DNA of 64,000 bases from an uncultured delta proteobacterium (GTDB lineage: Bacteria > Desulfobacterota > RBG-13-43-22): the NCBI GenBank assembly GCA_963743305.1, contig CAVUPH010000019.1:1-64000 (forward strand). The letters run 5' to 3'. How positions within the stretch are numbered: the first letter of the stretch is position 1; each line of letters opens with the position of its first letter. Shown here in pieces: positions 1 through 10,154 of this stretch. A program made the translations under genes and the position numbers. Under the pieces are notes generated by a model, which was given only the letters and a program-made list of their open reading frames with translations, was not told the DNA's origin and ran no database searches.

Positions 1-2064
1 CCAGTTTCCACTGACCGGGTGCGCGATCGCCAGGTGTCGGTTGAACTTGCTGAAGTAGCTGACATACGGCACATTGCCGCTGCCGATTTTAAGTGAGCAG
101 ATCGAATCGCGCATATCCTTGCGCCCCGGGTCTGGCGCGGTCAGCGTCTTCAGGCTCCACTGAGTGCCATCAAACGTGGCGTACTTTACGTAATAATTGA
201 TTTCATCCGAGTAGCAGATGTGCGGGTGGTCGAGCGAATCCAAGGCGAGTGAAGTGTAAAATCCGGCCGAATATCCAGTGTCGACCGGCGTTTTATCCCA
301 GCCTGAACCGTTCCAACTGGCGTACCACAGGCTACTGCTGTAATAGTTGTAATAGCTGATATGCGGCTTTCCGCTGGAATCTATCGCGATTGAATTATAC
401 AGCCCTGTTATCCCTACCGGAAGCACATCCACTACACTCACCGTCCAGGCCCCGCTTGATTTGTGAGCGTATTTCAAGTTGATGGCCGTATAGCTCGAAT
501 CGTGGAAGCTGATGTGCGGGTTATCGGCCGCGTCGAAGGTCAGGGAGATATACTTTTCGATATCGGCGCCCGTGTCGTCAGCCACCACTTCCACCGTCCA
601 GTTGGAATCGTTCAGGCCGGCGTACATGATCTTCTTGGCGCTGGTGTCGGAATAGGCGATGTGAGGTTTGCCGGTCGAATCCACCGCCAGCGCGTGCCCG
701 TGCGCCGGATGCATCCCGGCCAAGTTGACCGCCGACGTCTGCCAAAGCCCTTGGACCTGAGTGGCGTATTTCATGATCCCGTGGGTCAAATCCATGTAGG
801 CGAGGTGCGGCTGCCCAAAACGGTCCATCGCGAAGCTGACCCCCTGGCCTACCTGAGCGCCCGAATCGATGGTTTCATTGCTCCAGGTGTCCGGGTTCCA
901 TGCCGTCAGGCTGGCATAGTGGAGCGTACCGGTGTTAAAGTCGAGGTAGCTGATGTGCGGCTTGCCGTTGGAGTCCGCCGCGATCGCCGGCCAGCGCGCT
1001 CCGGCACTGCCAACGATATCGTGGTTTTGATCGGCATGCCAAACCCCTTCGGATTTATACAATAGCCAGACAAGCGTACTTGTGGGGTCGCCTTCGCCCA
1101 GCGAAATCGCGATCATCGGCATATCCCCGCTGCCGAAAACCAACGAGGTGGGATTATTTTTGTCCATTCCTAGGCTGCCATTGCCAAAGGCCTTCTCGGT
1201 TATCCAGGCACTTCCGCTCCAACTCGCATAGCGCACCACACCGTTCCAATTGTCAAAATAGCTGATGTGCGGCTTATTCTGGCTGTCGAACGCCAGGGCG
1301 TTGTTGCGGCCCGCGTCAGAATCATCTTCCACGGTCTGCAGCACCCAGGCGCTACCCTCCCAACTAGCATAGATCAGCCCGCCGGTTAGTGGATAATTAT
1401 TGCGCCAATAGCTGATATGCGGCTGCCCGCTCTGGTCCAGCGCCAGGGAGAGGCTGGCCTCTCCGGCGTTGTCGATCACCGGAAAAATATTCCAGGCGGT
1501 TCCGCTCCATTCCGCGTACTTGACATGATAGATACTGTGGTCGACATCATAGTCAACATAGGCGATACAGGGCTTCCCGGCGCTGTCGAAGGCCAGCGAA
1601 GAGGTGTAACCCGCAAGCGGTGAACTGTCCACCGTCTGCAGCGTCCAGGCCGTCCCGCTCCAGCGCGCCAGCTTCAGGCTGTGGTTGTAATCGTCGTAAT
1701 AACTGATTCCTACCTTCCCGGTATTATCGAAGGCCAACGAAGCAGCGTAGCCCACTCCCGGTGCCGGATCGACGACCTCGGTCTTCCAGCTCACGCCGTC
1801 GTTCCAGGCGTGGTAGAGGTGATCGCTGCCATAGGCGAGGTGCGGGTAATTGCTGCCGTCCAGCCGCAGGCTGTGCCCGGTCATCCCTGAGATATTGCGC
1901 GGGCAGTCCACGCACTGCGGCACCGGCCCACCGCCGTTTTTGGCGTTAAAAGGTAGTGGAAGCTTTGTATCTGCCCCCGCCCCCCCGAAATAGGAGCTGA
2001 CCAGCAGGCAGGCAACCGCGCAGTAAACCAGTTTGCACCATCTCAAAACCTTGAAGCAGTCCAT
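1..2064 (-). CDS. Secreted beta-propeller repeat protein (3' end beyond window edge)
   Basis: Not in the ORF track because it runs off the window. AGGAGG RBS, then ATG at 2064: MDCFKVLRWCKLVYCAVACLLVSSYFGGAGA (signal-like), CVDCP, then about 12 repeats of ~50 aa (S-L/I-A-x-D-x-x-G-x-P-H-I-S/A-Y...L-K-Y-A...W). Frame checked consistent at 361, 1417 and 2062. Confidence 0.8.
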   Translation of the reverse strand, partial: MDCFKVLRWCKLVYCAVACLLVSSYFGGAGADTKLPLPFNAKNGGGPVPQCVDCPRNISGMTGHSLRLDGSNYPHLAYGSDHLYHAWNDGVSWKTEVVDPAPGVGYAASLAFDNTGKVGISYYDDYNHSLKLARWSGTAWTLQTVDSSPLAGYTSSLAFDSAGKPCIAYVDYDVDHSIYHVKYAEWSGTAWNIFPVIDNAGEASLSLALDQSGQPHISYWRNNYPLTGGLIYASWEGSAWVLQTVEDDSDAGRNNALAFDSQNKPHISYFDNWNGVVRYASWSGSAWITEKAFGNGSLGMDKNNPTSLVFGSGDMPMIAISLGEGDPTSTLVWLLYKSEGVWHADQNHDIVGSAGARWPAIAADSNGKPHISYLDFNTGTLHYASLTAWNPDTWSNETIDSGAQVGQGVSFAMDRFGQPHLAYMDLTHGIMKYATQVQGLWQTSAVNLAGMHPAHGHALAVDSTGKPHIAYSDTSAKKIMYAGLNDSNWTVEVVADDTGADIEKYISLTFDAADNPHISFHDSSYTAINLKYAHKSSGAWTVSVVDVLPVGITGLYNSIAIDSSGKPHISYYNYYSSSLWYASWNGSGWDKTPVDTGYSAGFYTSLALDSLDHPHICYSDEINYYVKYATFDGTQWSLKTLTAPDPGRKDMRDSICSLKIGSGNVPYVSYFSKFNRHLAIAHPVSGNW

Positions 2065-2240
2065 TTTCAACTCCTCCTGACCCTTTGGCAAGACGTTGTT
2101 TTGAAATAGTAAGAATCATAAAGTGCGTCGATATACCAGGTGTCCACGATGTCGTGGCACTCATCAGTTAACAATTAGTGAATGAAGATCACCATAACTT
2201 TCCCTAATGTTGATGTCCCTTATCACGATAGTTCAATTCA

Positions 2241-2828
2241 TTATCTGACTATGATCGGTAGATATATCAACTGACCGCCCGCCCAACTTATGGCAAATGC
2301 ATTATATGTCGTGCTCATGCCTGCGAGTGGACCGTCGATTGTCCAGCTTGTCAATGGCTGGGCGGTAGTTGAGTAAACGAAGTAAGCATTGCCAACCCCC
2401 GAAATATTGCTCGGGAGAGTGGATGTCCCAGCCTTGTTGTAATAGGCGGCGGGATGGACAGCGGTGGTTCGCACCGTGCCGTCGGTGCTTATCGCCACCG
2501 ACTTGCCGGCAGGGATATCCTTGAGTTGTATAGCGAAAATCTCGGCACCAGCCGGGGCGTTTTTAAGAGTTGATAGGAATGCCGGGAAGATTATACCTTC
2601 AACGGATGGATTTGTGTCCGCCACTATATCCACCAAGGTTTGATAGAGGTTGTCGAGGCCATATCCCCCAGTGACCAGCCTGTTGATAAGGCCTCCCCCT
2701 TCGTCGCTGAGGATGAAAGTATCCTGGTTGACATTGACATGAACTGCCCAGGCGCCCGAAACAGTCAGCGCCAGGACAAACAGAAAACCAAAGGCCCCCA
2801 TTAATGATTTCGATACCCAGGTCTTCAT
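2241..2828 (-). CDS. Secreted hypothetical protein with C-terminal YLPIIVR motif
   Basis: Signal peptide MKTWVSKSLMGAFGFLFVLALTVSGAWA; ends GGQLIYLPIIVR*. Confidence 0.7.
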   Translation of the reverse strand: MKTWVSKSLMGAFGFLFVLALTVSGAWAVHVNVNQDTFILSDEGGGLINRLVTGGYGLDNLYQTLVDIVADTNPSVEGIIFPAFLSTLKNAPAGAEIFAIQLKDIPAGKSVAISTDGTVRTTAVHPAAYYNKAGTSTLPSNISGVGNAYFVYSTTAQPLTSWTIDGPLAGMSTTYNAFAISWAGGQLIYLPIIVR

Positions 2829-3101
2829 GCCAACCCCTTCCCGCAATCTTTTTTGAACCTATTAAGCGACTGGTAAAACCGTCTCGTATCCATTCGCAGG
2901 AGCTTCTTGAGGACAGAGTATAATGATAAGAAAAGACGGGATCAAGAAGAAAAACAAGGGCGGGAGACCATGGCTACTTTGCCAAAGGTTTAAATTTCCT
3001 GCCGACTTGGTGACAATTACCGTTTGCACTCTTCCGTTTTATTCAAAATGGAAGTTTGAGGACTACAGGAAGCTATACGAACATTAGTCTGTATCAAACA
3101 G

Positions 3102-3941
3102 TCATAAGGGGGGCTGATTAATTAGCCCCAAGGCGGCTCTTTCCAGTCTGTATTGGAAATTCTTGTGGGGGGGTTCTATGACGGTCCGGACATAGGCAGT
3201 TAGGGCTTTTTCCCATTGGTCGGTCAGCCAGGAATAGGCCACTTCCCATTTATCTCGAAGAGGGCCGGATTCCGGGAGGCCGAAACCGGCCAGGGTTTCC
3301 ATGGGCAGCCGGATTTTAAGAAAGGCGGCCAGTCCGAGACCGCGCAGGACGGGAAGGTCCCGGATCTGGTCCCAGGCCCGCCGTTCCTCTTCCGTATCCT
3401 CCATTAAGTATTCCAACAACCGAATTTGGTAAAGCCCCAATCCCGCTTCACCCAGCAACCGGACCACTTCCTCATCCTTGATGGCTATCGAGAGAAAATA
3501 GACCCACTGCTGAATCATCGGAAAATCCAGCCCCGCGGAACGTCCGGCTTCCAGCAATCGCTCGGTAAACCGGAACTGATAAAACTCAGGCTTCCCGTGG
3601 AGCAGGGCATGGGCGATTTCATGCTGGACTACGCCCCGGACGACTTCCTCAGAGATCCCCTGGATTTTCTCCAGGGAGATATGGATCCGGGGGAATCCCC
3701 TCCAGGCCTCGTGCGTGGCCAGAAAATCCGACTCTCCGCCGGTGACCACACCCAGTTCGGTTTTTTCCCGGGCGTCGAATTCCTGAAAATCCCTTTCTTT
3801 TTCCCAAAGGTAAATGGAAATAGGATCCGGAGCCGTCCGAGGTCCGGTTTTCTCTATAACCTCTCCCGCCCAATGTCGGGTTTTAGCCAGAAAAGATTGG
3901 TCGATAATACCTTGAGGAAAGATGTCGATATCTGTCTTCAT
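3102..3941 (-). CDS. Hypothetical protein with HEXXH zinc-metallopeptidase motif
   Basis: 279 aa ORF with VVQHEIAHALLHG. Confidence 0.6.
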   Translation of the reverse strand: MKTDIDIFPQGIIDQSFLAKTRHWAGEVIEKTGPRTAPDPISIYLWEKERDFQEFDAREKTELGVVTGGESDFLATHEAWRGFPRIHISLEKIQGISEEVVRGVVQHEIAHALLHGKPEFYQFRFTERLLEAGRSAGLDFPMIQQWVYFLSIAIKDEEVVRLLGEAGLGLYQIRLLEYLMEDTEEERRAWDQIRDLPVLRGLGLAAFLKIRLPMETLAGFGLPESGPLRDKWEVAYSWLTDQWEKALTAYVRTVIEPPHKNFQYRLERAALGLINQPPL

Positions 3942-4017
3942 CTGGATTGGTATAGGGATGAGACGAGCCGGCCCTCTTTTTTATGTATAATAACTTGAAT
4001 CCGAATCCCGACCGAAT

Positions 4018-5402
4018 TCAAATTTTCACTTTTCTTTTCAGTAGATTGGCGGCGATCAGCAGGGGATCCCAGACCGGGCTGAAGGGTGGGGCATAGGCCA
4101 GGTCCAGCCGGGAGATCTCCTCCAGGGTCATTTCATTATAAAGGGCCACGGCGAGCGTATTGATCTTGCGGGCCTCGCCGTCCCGGCCGATCCAATTCCC
4201 TCCCAGGATTTTTCCCGTAGAGGAATCCGCCACGATCTTCAGCAAGGAATGCTGAACCCCGGGGTAGATACCCACCCGGGAACCGGTTTCCACCACCTGA
4301 CTGATGGCGGGATAGCCCAACTTTTTGGCCTGGGCTTCCGATATTCCCGCCAGGCCGACCTCCAGGTTGAAAACCTTGACGCAGGCGGCGCCCACGATGC
4401 CGTGAAATTGCGACCGGCCGCCCACGGCATTTTCCCCGGCTACGCGCCCTTCCTTGTTGGCAATATCCCCCAGGGGGACTAAGACCGGCTTTCCGGTAAC
4501 CCGGTGAAATTTTTCGCAGCAGTCACCGGCTGAAAAAATAAGCGGGTCGTTGGTCAGCATCCGGTCGTTGACCTGGATGCCGCCGGTCTCTCCCAGGACG
4601 ATCCCGGCCTGGCGGGCGATTTCACTGTTTGGCTGAACCCCGATGCCGACAAAAAAAAGGTCGGCCGGAAATGAACCCTGGTCGGTTAGTACCTGCACGG
4701 CCTGATCACCTCGGGTCTCAAAGGCCTGCGGGTTGACCCGACCCAGGAAGGCTACCCCCCGGGCCTGCAATTCATCCACGATGATCGGTCCCAGTTCCGG
4801 CTCCAGTCCGCTGTAGGGGTAGTCGCCGCGGTAGAGGATGGTGGTTTCCACCCCACGCTCCCGCAGGGCTTCGGCCACTTCCAGGGAGATGTAACCGGCC
4901 CCGATGATGACTGCCCGTTCAGGTCGCTGTTGATCGATAAAATGACGGATCCGGATCCCGTCGGCCAACTCCTTGAGCGTGAAGATATTTTCCGCCTCCT
5001 CGCCGGGGATCCCCAATTTCCGGGAACGAGCGCCGGTGGCGAGGATCAGCCGGTCGTAGGGCAGGGTGATTTCCTGTCCGCTGGCTTGATTCCGAACCTG
5101 AACCCGGCCGTTGGCCCGATCAATGGATAGGGCCTGGTGGTTCAGCCGGACGTCGATCCGCTGCTTGCTCCGAAATTCCTCCGGGGTGCGGGCGATCAGT
5201 TCCGTGTGGTCCTTGATTACATCACCGATGTAATAGGGCAGCTCTCAGGAGCCGACGGAGACAAAGGCCCCCTTTTCCAGCATGGTAATATTGGCCTCGG
5301 ACGCTTTCCGCCGAGCGCTGCTGGCCGCCGTGGGTCCGGCCGCCGACCCGCCGATGATCAGGACTTCTATTTCCAGCCAGAGTTATCTTCAGTGATGGTC
5401 AT
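4018..5402 (-). CDS. FAD-dependent pyridine nucleotide-disulfide oxidoreductase (CoA-disulfide reductase/NADH oxidase family), probable selenoprotein
   Basis: The frame of ORF 4018..5016 continues upstream through LILATGA and LPYYIG to an in-frame TGA (5245-5247) in FVSVGS*ELPYY, then VLIIGGSAAGPTAA. Also GAGYIS, FSAGDC and LDLAYAPPFSPVWD motifs. Start uncertain (probable indel near 5372). Confidence 0.85.
5213..5244 (-). promoter_or_regulatory. Putative bacterial SECIS element
   Basis: Just 3' of the UGA: GAGCTGCCCT-ATTACATC-GGT-GATGTAAT-CAAGG. Perfect 8-bp stem, G-starting apical loop 18 nt after the UGA. Confidence 0.7.
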
Positions 5403-6878
5403 TGCCAAGCTTACCCTTAGGCGAAACCGAGATCCTTCGCGGGAGTAACCGCTGCAAGGGATCAGGATGACAGCAGGCCAAGGCCGGGTGACAGGCGAGG
5501 GGCTCAGGCTGACCCCAAGTGAGTTCAAAAAACCGGTCACTTCCCAACAGCAATAATGTACATCCATCACATTGGTGCCGGTAGGACCGGTGATTACCAG
5601 ACCGCCGGCCTCTTTAAAGAAATGATAGGAATCGTTATTCTCCAGCATTTTTTTCAGGGGAATCCCCTTTTTCAAGGCTCGGGTCGAGGTCCGGCCGTCC
5701 ACGATCGCTCCGGCCGCTGCCGTCGGTCCGTCGCTGCCGTCGGTGCCGGCGCTCAGAAAAACGGTTTTCGGCAGTCCTTCAATCTCCAGAGCGACGGCCA
5801 GGGCCAATTCCATATTTCGGCCGCCCAGCCCCTGACCTTTGACGGTTACCGTGGGCTCCCCGCCGGCGATCAGACAGACCGGTGGTTTTAAGGGGTGACC
5901 GGAAAGCTGAATTTCTTTGGCCAGGGCCCCGTAAAATTTGGCCAGTTCCCGGACTTCACCCTGGACTTGGGAGGTCAGCACCAGGGGAGTGAAACCGAAG
6001 GCCCTGGCTCCGTTGGCGGCGGCCGTCAAGGCGGAGCGATTGCGGGCCAGAATAAAATTCCGAACATTGCGGAAGCAGGAGTCCCCGGGCTTGGGGGTCT
6101 CTACAGCCCGTCCCTGGATTCCGGCCTTCAGGTGGTTGACGATCGTCCGGGATCCGGCCTTCAACAATCGGTATTTATCCAGGACCCCCCAAGCTTCCTG
6201 GAATGTCGAGGGGTCGGGAACAAAGGGACCGGACCCGATGCTGTCCATTGGATCTCCCACCACATCGGAGATGATCAGGTTAATTACGGTGGACGGATAG
6301 GCCAGTTTGGCTAACTGCCCGCCCTTGGTTTGGGAAATGTGCTTCCGGACCATGTTGATTTCCTGAATGGTGGCCCCTGAACGGAGGAGCAGGGCGGTTA
6401 ATCCTTGTTTCTCTTTCAACGTGATGGACGGCATGGGGGCCGGCAACAGGGCTGAACACCCCCCGGAGGTAAGAAAAAGAATCAGGTCTTCGGGACGGCT
6501 TTGTTTAAGCAGGGATATCATGGACCTGGCGCCCCTCAGGCCGGCGGCGTCCGGCAAGGGATGACCGGCCTCTAAAATCTGAATACGGGATAATGGACGA
6601 GCGTGGCCGTATTTGGTAATGACCAGTCCCGAGTCGATCCGGGCGCCCAAAATCACTTCGCAGGCCTCCGCCATCCGGGCCGAGGCCTTGCCGGCGCCCA
6701 GCACGATGATCTTTTTATAGGCTCGCAGATCGTAGTGTTGGACCTTTCCTAAATCTTCCCGGATGGTCAGGGTTTGTCCTCGAAGGAGGACTTGCCTGGG
6801 GAAAAAATTAGGGGGAACTACCGCCGCTATGGCGCCCTTAAGGATTCGGTTGGTCTGGGAGAGGAGCGTCTTGATCAT
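5367..6878 (-). CDS. Glycerate 2-kinase (DUF4147/MOFRL family)
   Basis: GAGKAS, EAGHPLPD, SGGCSALL, VRKHISQTKGG, SDVVGD, GGEPTV, GGRN, GTDGSDG, TGPTGTNVMD. The tail after ~5555 looks like frameshift read-through. Confidence 0.9.
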   Translation of the reverse strand: MIKTLLSQTNRILKGAIAAVVPPNFFPRQVLLRGQTLTIREDLGKVQHYDLRAYKKIIVLGAGKASARMAEACEVILGARIDSGLVITKYGHARPLSRIQILEAGHPLPDAAGLRGARSMISLLKQSRPEDLILFLTSGGCSALLPAPMPSITLKEKQGLTALLLRSGATIQEINMVRKHISQTKGGQLAKLAYPSTVINLIISDVVGDPMDSIGSGPFVPDPSTFQEAWGVLDKYRLLKAGSRTIVNHLKAGIQGRAVETPKPGDSCFRNVRNFILARNRSALTAAANGARAFGFTPLVLTSQVQGEVRELAKFYGALAKEIQLSGHPLKPPVCLIAGGEPTVTVKGQGLGGRNMELALAVALEIEGLPKTVFLSAGTDGSDGPTAAAGAIVDGRTSTRALKKGIPLKKMLENNDSYHFFKEAGGLVITGPTGTNVMDVHYCCWEVTGFLNSLGVSLSPSPVTRPWPAVILIPCSGYSREGSRFRLRVSLAMTITEDNSGWK

Positions 6879-7068
6879 GATGGTAAATTTACTTTCAATA
6901 TTACTTTACCATGCTCCAGCCGCCAAATCAACCGTCCACCGGCGGTGCCTGGGTCCTGAACTCCCCGGCCCGGGGCGGGTACCCACTAAAGACGACCCTG
7001 GCCGGCGGATTATCATTGAAAAAGATAGGGATTTGATGCTAAATAAGTCATCCCTTGGCGAGGTTATC

Positions 7069-9669
7069 ATGATTGACCTGATGGGTTTTTTAAAAAAACG
7101 GAAAGAAGGGAAGCTCCAAAAGGCGGAAAGGGAAATCGAGGTCGTCCGCCAGGCTTTCACCCAGCGGTACCTGAATTTCAAATCTCTGCTGAGCACCAAC
7201 GATAAGGTCCTGGAAATAATTAACGAGCTGGAACAGGCCCTCCAGAGTCACCGCGGTTTCGGCATGTCCTTTGTCCGGGCGAATTGCACCGCCCTATCGG
7301 TCAACCTTTTTAAGATCATTCAGAACCTGAACGCGATCACCGCTAACCGCTATCCGGAGTTGTTTGAGGTCTTCCAGGGGATCTGGGAAAAAATCGATCG
7401 GGAGCTGAAACATAAAAAGCCCGTGGCCGAAGGGGAACTGGTCCTGCCCCTGGAAGCGATCAACCGGGACTGGATCGGGCAGGTGGGCGGTAAGATGGCC
7501 AACCTGGGGGAAATTAGGAATCGTCTGGGTTTCCCCGTGCCGGAGGGTTTTGCCGTTACCACCGCGGCCTACCAGTATTTTATCAACGCCAATCAGCTTC
7601 AGGAAGAGATCAACCGTCGTTTCCAATTGCTGGAGGGGAATGATCTGGCCCGGCTCCATGAGACCAGCGCCGAAATCCAGAAGCTGATTACCGGCGCCCC
7701 GCTGCCTCCCGATCTGGAAGCAGGCATCCTGGAGGCTTACCGGCAGTTGGCGGAAAAGGCGGGCCGGCCCATTAACGTCTCCATGCGGAGCAGCGCTCTG
7801 GGTGAGGACGCCCAGGAGGCCTCCTTTGCCGGGCAGTACCGTTCCCTATTGAATGTCAGTGCGGAATTCCTGCTCCTTTCCTATAAAGAGGTGGTGGCCA
7901 GCAAATATTCGGTCCCGGCCATGACCTACCGCCTGAACAAAGGCTACCATGATGAAGACATCCTCATGTCCGTGGGCTGTATGGTCATGGTCTCCTCCTC
8001 GACGTCGGGGGTCATGTATTCGGCCGATCCGGGGGATGTCCTTCAGGAACAGGTGGTCATCAACGCCGTCTGGGGGTTGGGCAAATCGGTGGTGGACGGG
8101 AGCAGCACCCCGGATCTTTATCTCCTCAGTAAGCAGGACCCCCCCCGAATCCTAAAAAAAGAAATCCATCCCAAGACCCAGCAATTCGTTTGTCAACCCG
8201 AGGAAGGCATCGAACTGCTGCCCGTAGCCGAGGCGGATCGGGAGATCCAGGCCATTAGCGATGAACAGGCCGTCGCCCTGGCCGAACTGGCCTTAAAGCT
8301 GGAAAGGCACTTTGGCGGCCCCCAGGATATCGAATGGGTCTTTGAACGGGACGGCTCGGTTAAAATCATGCAAAGCCGACCCCTGATGATCCTGGGCCGG
8401 ACGACCGGGACGGGCCATGAACTCCCCCCGGAAGGGATTGATCTGCCCGTTTTGCTCGACGGCGGGGTTTCGGCCAGTCCGGGGGTGGCCTGCGGTCCGG
8501 CCTTTCTGGTAGATTCTACGGTAGATATGCTTCAATTTCCGGAGGGGGCCGTTTTGGTCTCCCGCAACCCCTTACCTCAATGGGCGGCCCTGTTGGGCCG
8601 GGCGGCGGCCGTGCTGACGGATCAGGGGGCGGTCACCGGACACCTGGCCGCAGTGGCCCGCGAATTCCAGGTCCCGGCCCTGATGGGCGCCCTCGAGGCC
8701 ACCCGGACTATACGTGGCGGGGAGCTGATCACGGTGGACGCCGATGGGCGGCGCGTGTACGCCGGGCGGGCCGAAGTCCTGATCCGCCGGGCGGCTGAAA
8801 AGGTCAGTCCGATGAAAGGCAGTCCGGTGGAACTGACCTTGCGCCGGCTGCTCAAAACTATTGCTCCGTTGACGCTTACCGATCCGGAGGCGGCCAACTT
8901 CAGCACCCGGGGATGTGAGACCCTGCACGACATCATCCGTTTTTCTCATGAAATGGCCCTTCGGGAACTTTTTGACGACCAGGGAGGGGTTTCCTTTTCG
9001 GAAAAGTTGGCTAAGAAATTAAGCGATGATCTGCCCATGCAATGGTGGGTCATCGACCTGGGCGACGGATTAAAGGAGGGGGTTCAGGGCGAGACGATTC
9101 GTTTAAAGGATGTGAAGTGCCTGCCCCTGCTGGCACTCTGGGAGGGCCTGCAGGCCATTCCCTGGAAAGGTCCGCCGGCCTTAGATACCAAAGGATTTAT
9201 GTCCATCCTGGCGGAATCGGCCATGGATAGTTCCCTGGAGGCTGGACTGGGGACGGGCTACGGGGCCAAGAACTATGTCTTGGTGTCTGGGGAATTCTGC
9301 CATTTGAGCACCCGACTGGGTTTTCATTTTTCCACGGTGGAGGCCTTCTTTGGGGAAAAGACGGCCGAGAGCTATGTCTGGTTTTATTTCAAGGGGGGAG
9401 GCGCCGACCATTACCGGAAGGAACAGCGAGGACTCCTGATCCAATCCCTCCTGGAACGGTTTGGTTTCTGGGTCAAGGTCAAGGGGGATATCCTCTCCGC
9501 CCGTCTGGAACGGCAGGATCCTGTTCGCCTGAGCCAGGGGTTGAAGGTCTTGGGGTTCCTGATTCTGCATACCCGGCAACTGGATATGGTCTTGGGCGAT
9601 CCCGGTAAGGTTCAGGGATACCGGGAACAGATGATCCAGCAGATCAGTACTTTTGTGGATGTCAATTGA
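7069..9669 (+). CDS. PEP-synthase/pyruvate,water dikinase-like protein 1 (ATP-grasp + His swivel + non-canonical C-terminal domain)
   Basis: VGGKMANLGE, VPEGFAVTT, MRSSALGED, SFAGQY, QDIEW, QSRP; swivel GAVTGHLAAVAREF. Start chosen at MIDLMG; the ORF extension upstream overlaps glycerate kinase. Confidence 0.85.
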   Translation: MIDLMGFLKKRKEGKLQKAEREIEVVRQAFTQRYLNFKSLLSTNDKVLEIINELEQALQSHRGFGMSFVRANCTALSVNLFKIIQNLNAITANRYPELFEVFQGIWEKIDRELKHKKPVAEGELVLPLEAINRDWIGQVGGKMANLGEIRNRLGFPVPEGFAVTTAAYQYFINANQLQEEINRRFQLLEGNDLARLHETSAEIQKLITGAPLPPDLEAGILEAYRQLAEKAGRPINVSMRSSALGEDAQEASFAGQYRSLLNVSAEFLLLSYKEVVASKYSVPAMTYRLNKGYHDEDILMSVGCMVMVSSSTSGVMYSADPGDVLQEQVVINAVWGLGKSVVDGSSTPDLYLLSKQDPPRILKKEIHPKTQQFVCQPEEGIELLPVAEADREIQAISDEQAVALAELALKLERHFGGPQDIEWVFERDGSVKIMQSRPLMILGRTTGTGHELPPEGIDLPVLLDGGVSASPGVACGPAFLVDSTVDMLQFPEGAVLVSRNPLPQWAALLGRAAAVLTDQGAVTGHLAAVAREFQVPALMGALEATRTIRGGELITVDADGRRVYAGRAEVLIRRAAEKVSPMKGSPVELTLRRLLKTIAPLTLTDPEAANFSTRGCETLHDIIRFSHEMALRELFDDQGGVSFSEKLAKKLSDDLPMQWWVIDLGDGLKEGVQGETIRLKDVKCLPLLALWEGLQAIPWKGPPALDTKGFMSILAESAMDSSLEAGLGTGYGAKNYVLVSGEFCHLSTRLGFHFSTVEAFFGEKTAESYVWFYFKGGGADHYRKEQRGLLIQSLLERFGFWVKVKGDILSARLERQDPVRLSQGLKVLGFLILHTRQLDMVLGDPGKVQGYREQMIQQISTFVDVN

Positions 9670-9723
9670 AATTATTTGTAATGGGGTTATCCCGCGTCTG
9701 GGGATAATCAAGCGAGGTGATCG

Positions 9724-10113
9724 ATGGAAGATATTCGGGTGCTTTTGGTGGATGATGAAGATGATTTTAGAACGACCCTGGCCAAGCGCCTGCGCAAGCG
9801 CCAACTGGAGGTGGCCGAGGCCGATAGCGGAAGGTCGGCCGTCAACCTCCTCAGACAGGGAACTTTCGATGTGGTGGTTCTGGATGTCCGGATGCCGGGG
9901 ATGGACGGGATCGAGACTTTGCAGCACCTCAAAACAATCAATCCCCTGGTGGAGGTGATCATGCTCACCGGCCACGCCTCAGTGGAATCCGGCATAGAAG
10001 GGATGCGCCTGGGGGCTTTCGATTACCTGATGAAACCCTGCGATATAAACGACCTGATCAACAAAATCAGGGATGCCTACCAGCGGTTGCTGCTGCAGAA
10101 GGAATCGACGTAA
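9724..10113 (+). CDS. Single-domain response regulator (receiver)
   Basis: LLVDDE, VVLDVRMPGMDG, MLTGH, YLMKP: all conserved receiver residues present, no output domain. Confidence 0.95.
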   Translation: MEDIRVLLVDDEDDFRTTLAKRLRKRQLEVAEADSGRSAVNLLRQGTFDVVVLDVRMPGMDGIETLQHLKTINPLVEVIMLTGHASVESGIEGMRLGAFDYLMKPCDINDLINKIRDAYQRLLLQKEST

Positions 10114-10154
10114 GATCTGAGCCGTTCCGCGATCGACAGGCGTCTTTTTAAAAC

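Noticed and set aside
463-1949. Plus-strand ORFs in the first 2 kb
   Set aside because: Antisense shadows of the minus-strand repeat protein.
6763-7068. N-terminal extension of dikinase-like protein 1 (likewise 18438-18605 and 21097-21300 extensions)
   Set aside because: They overlap other genes or repeat DNA; family similarity begins at downstream ATGs.
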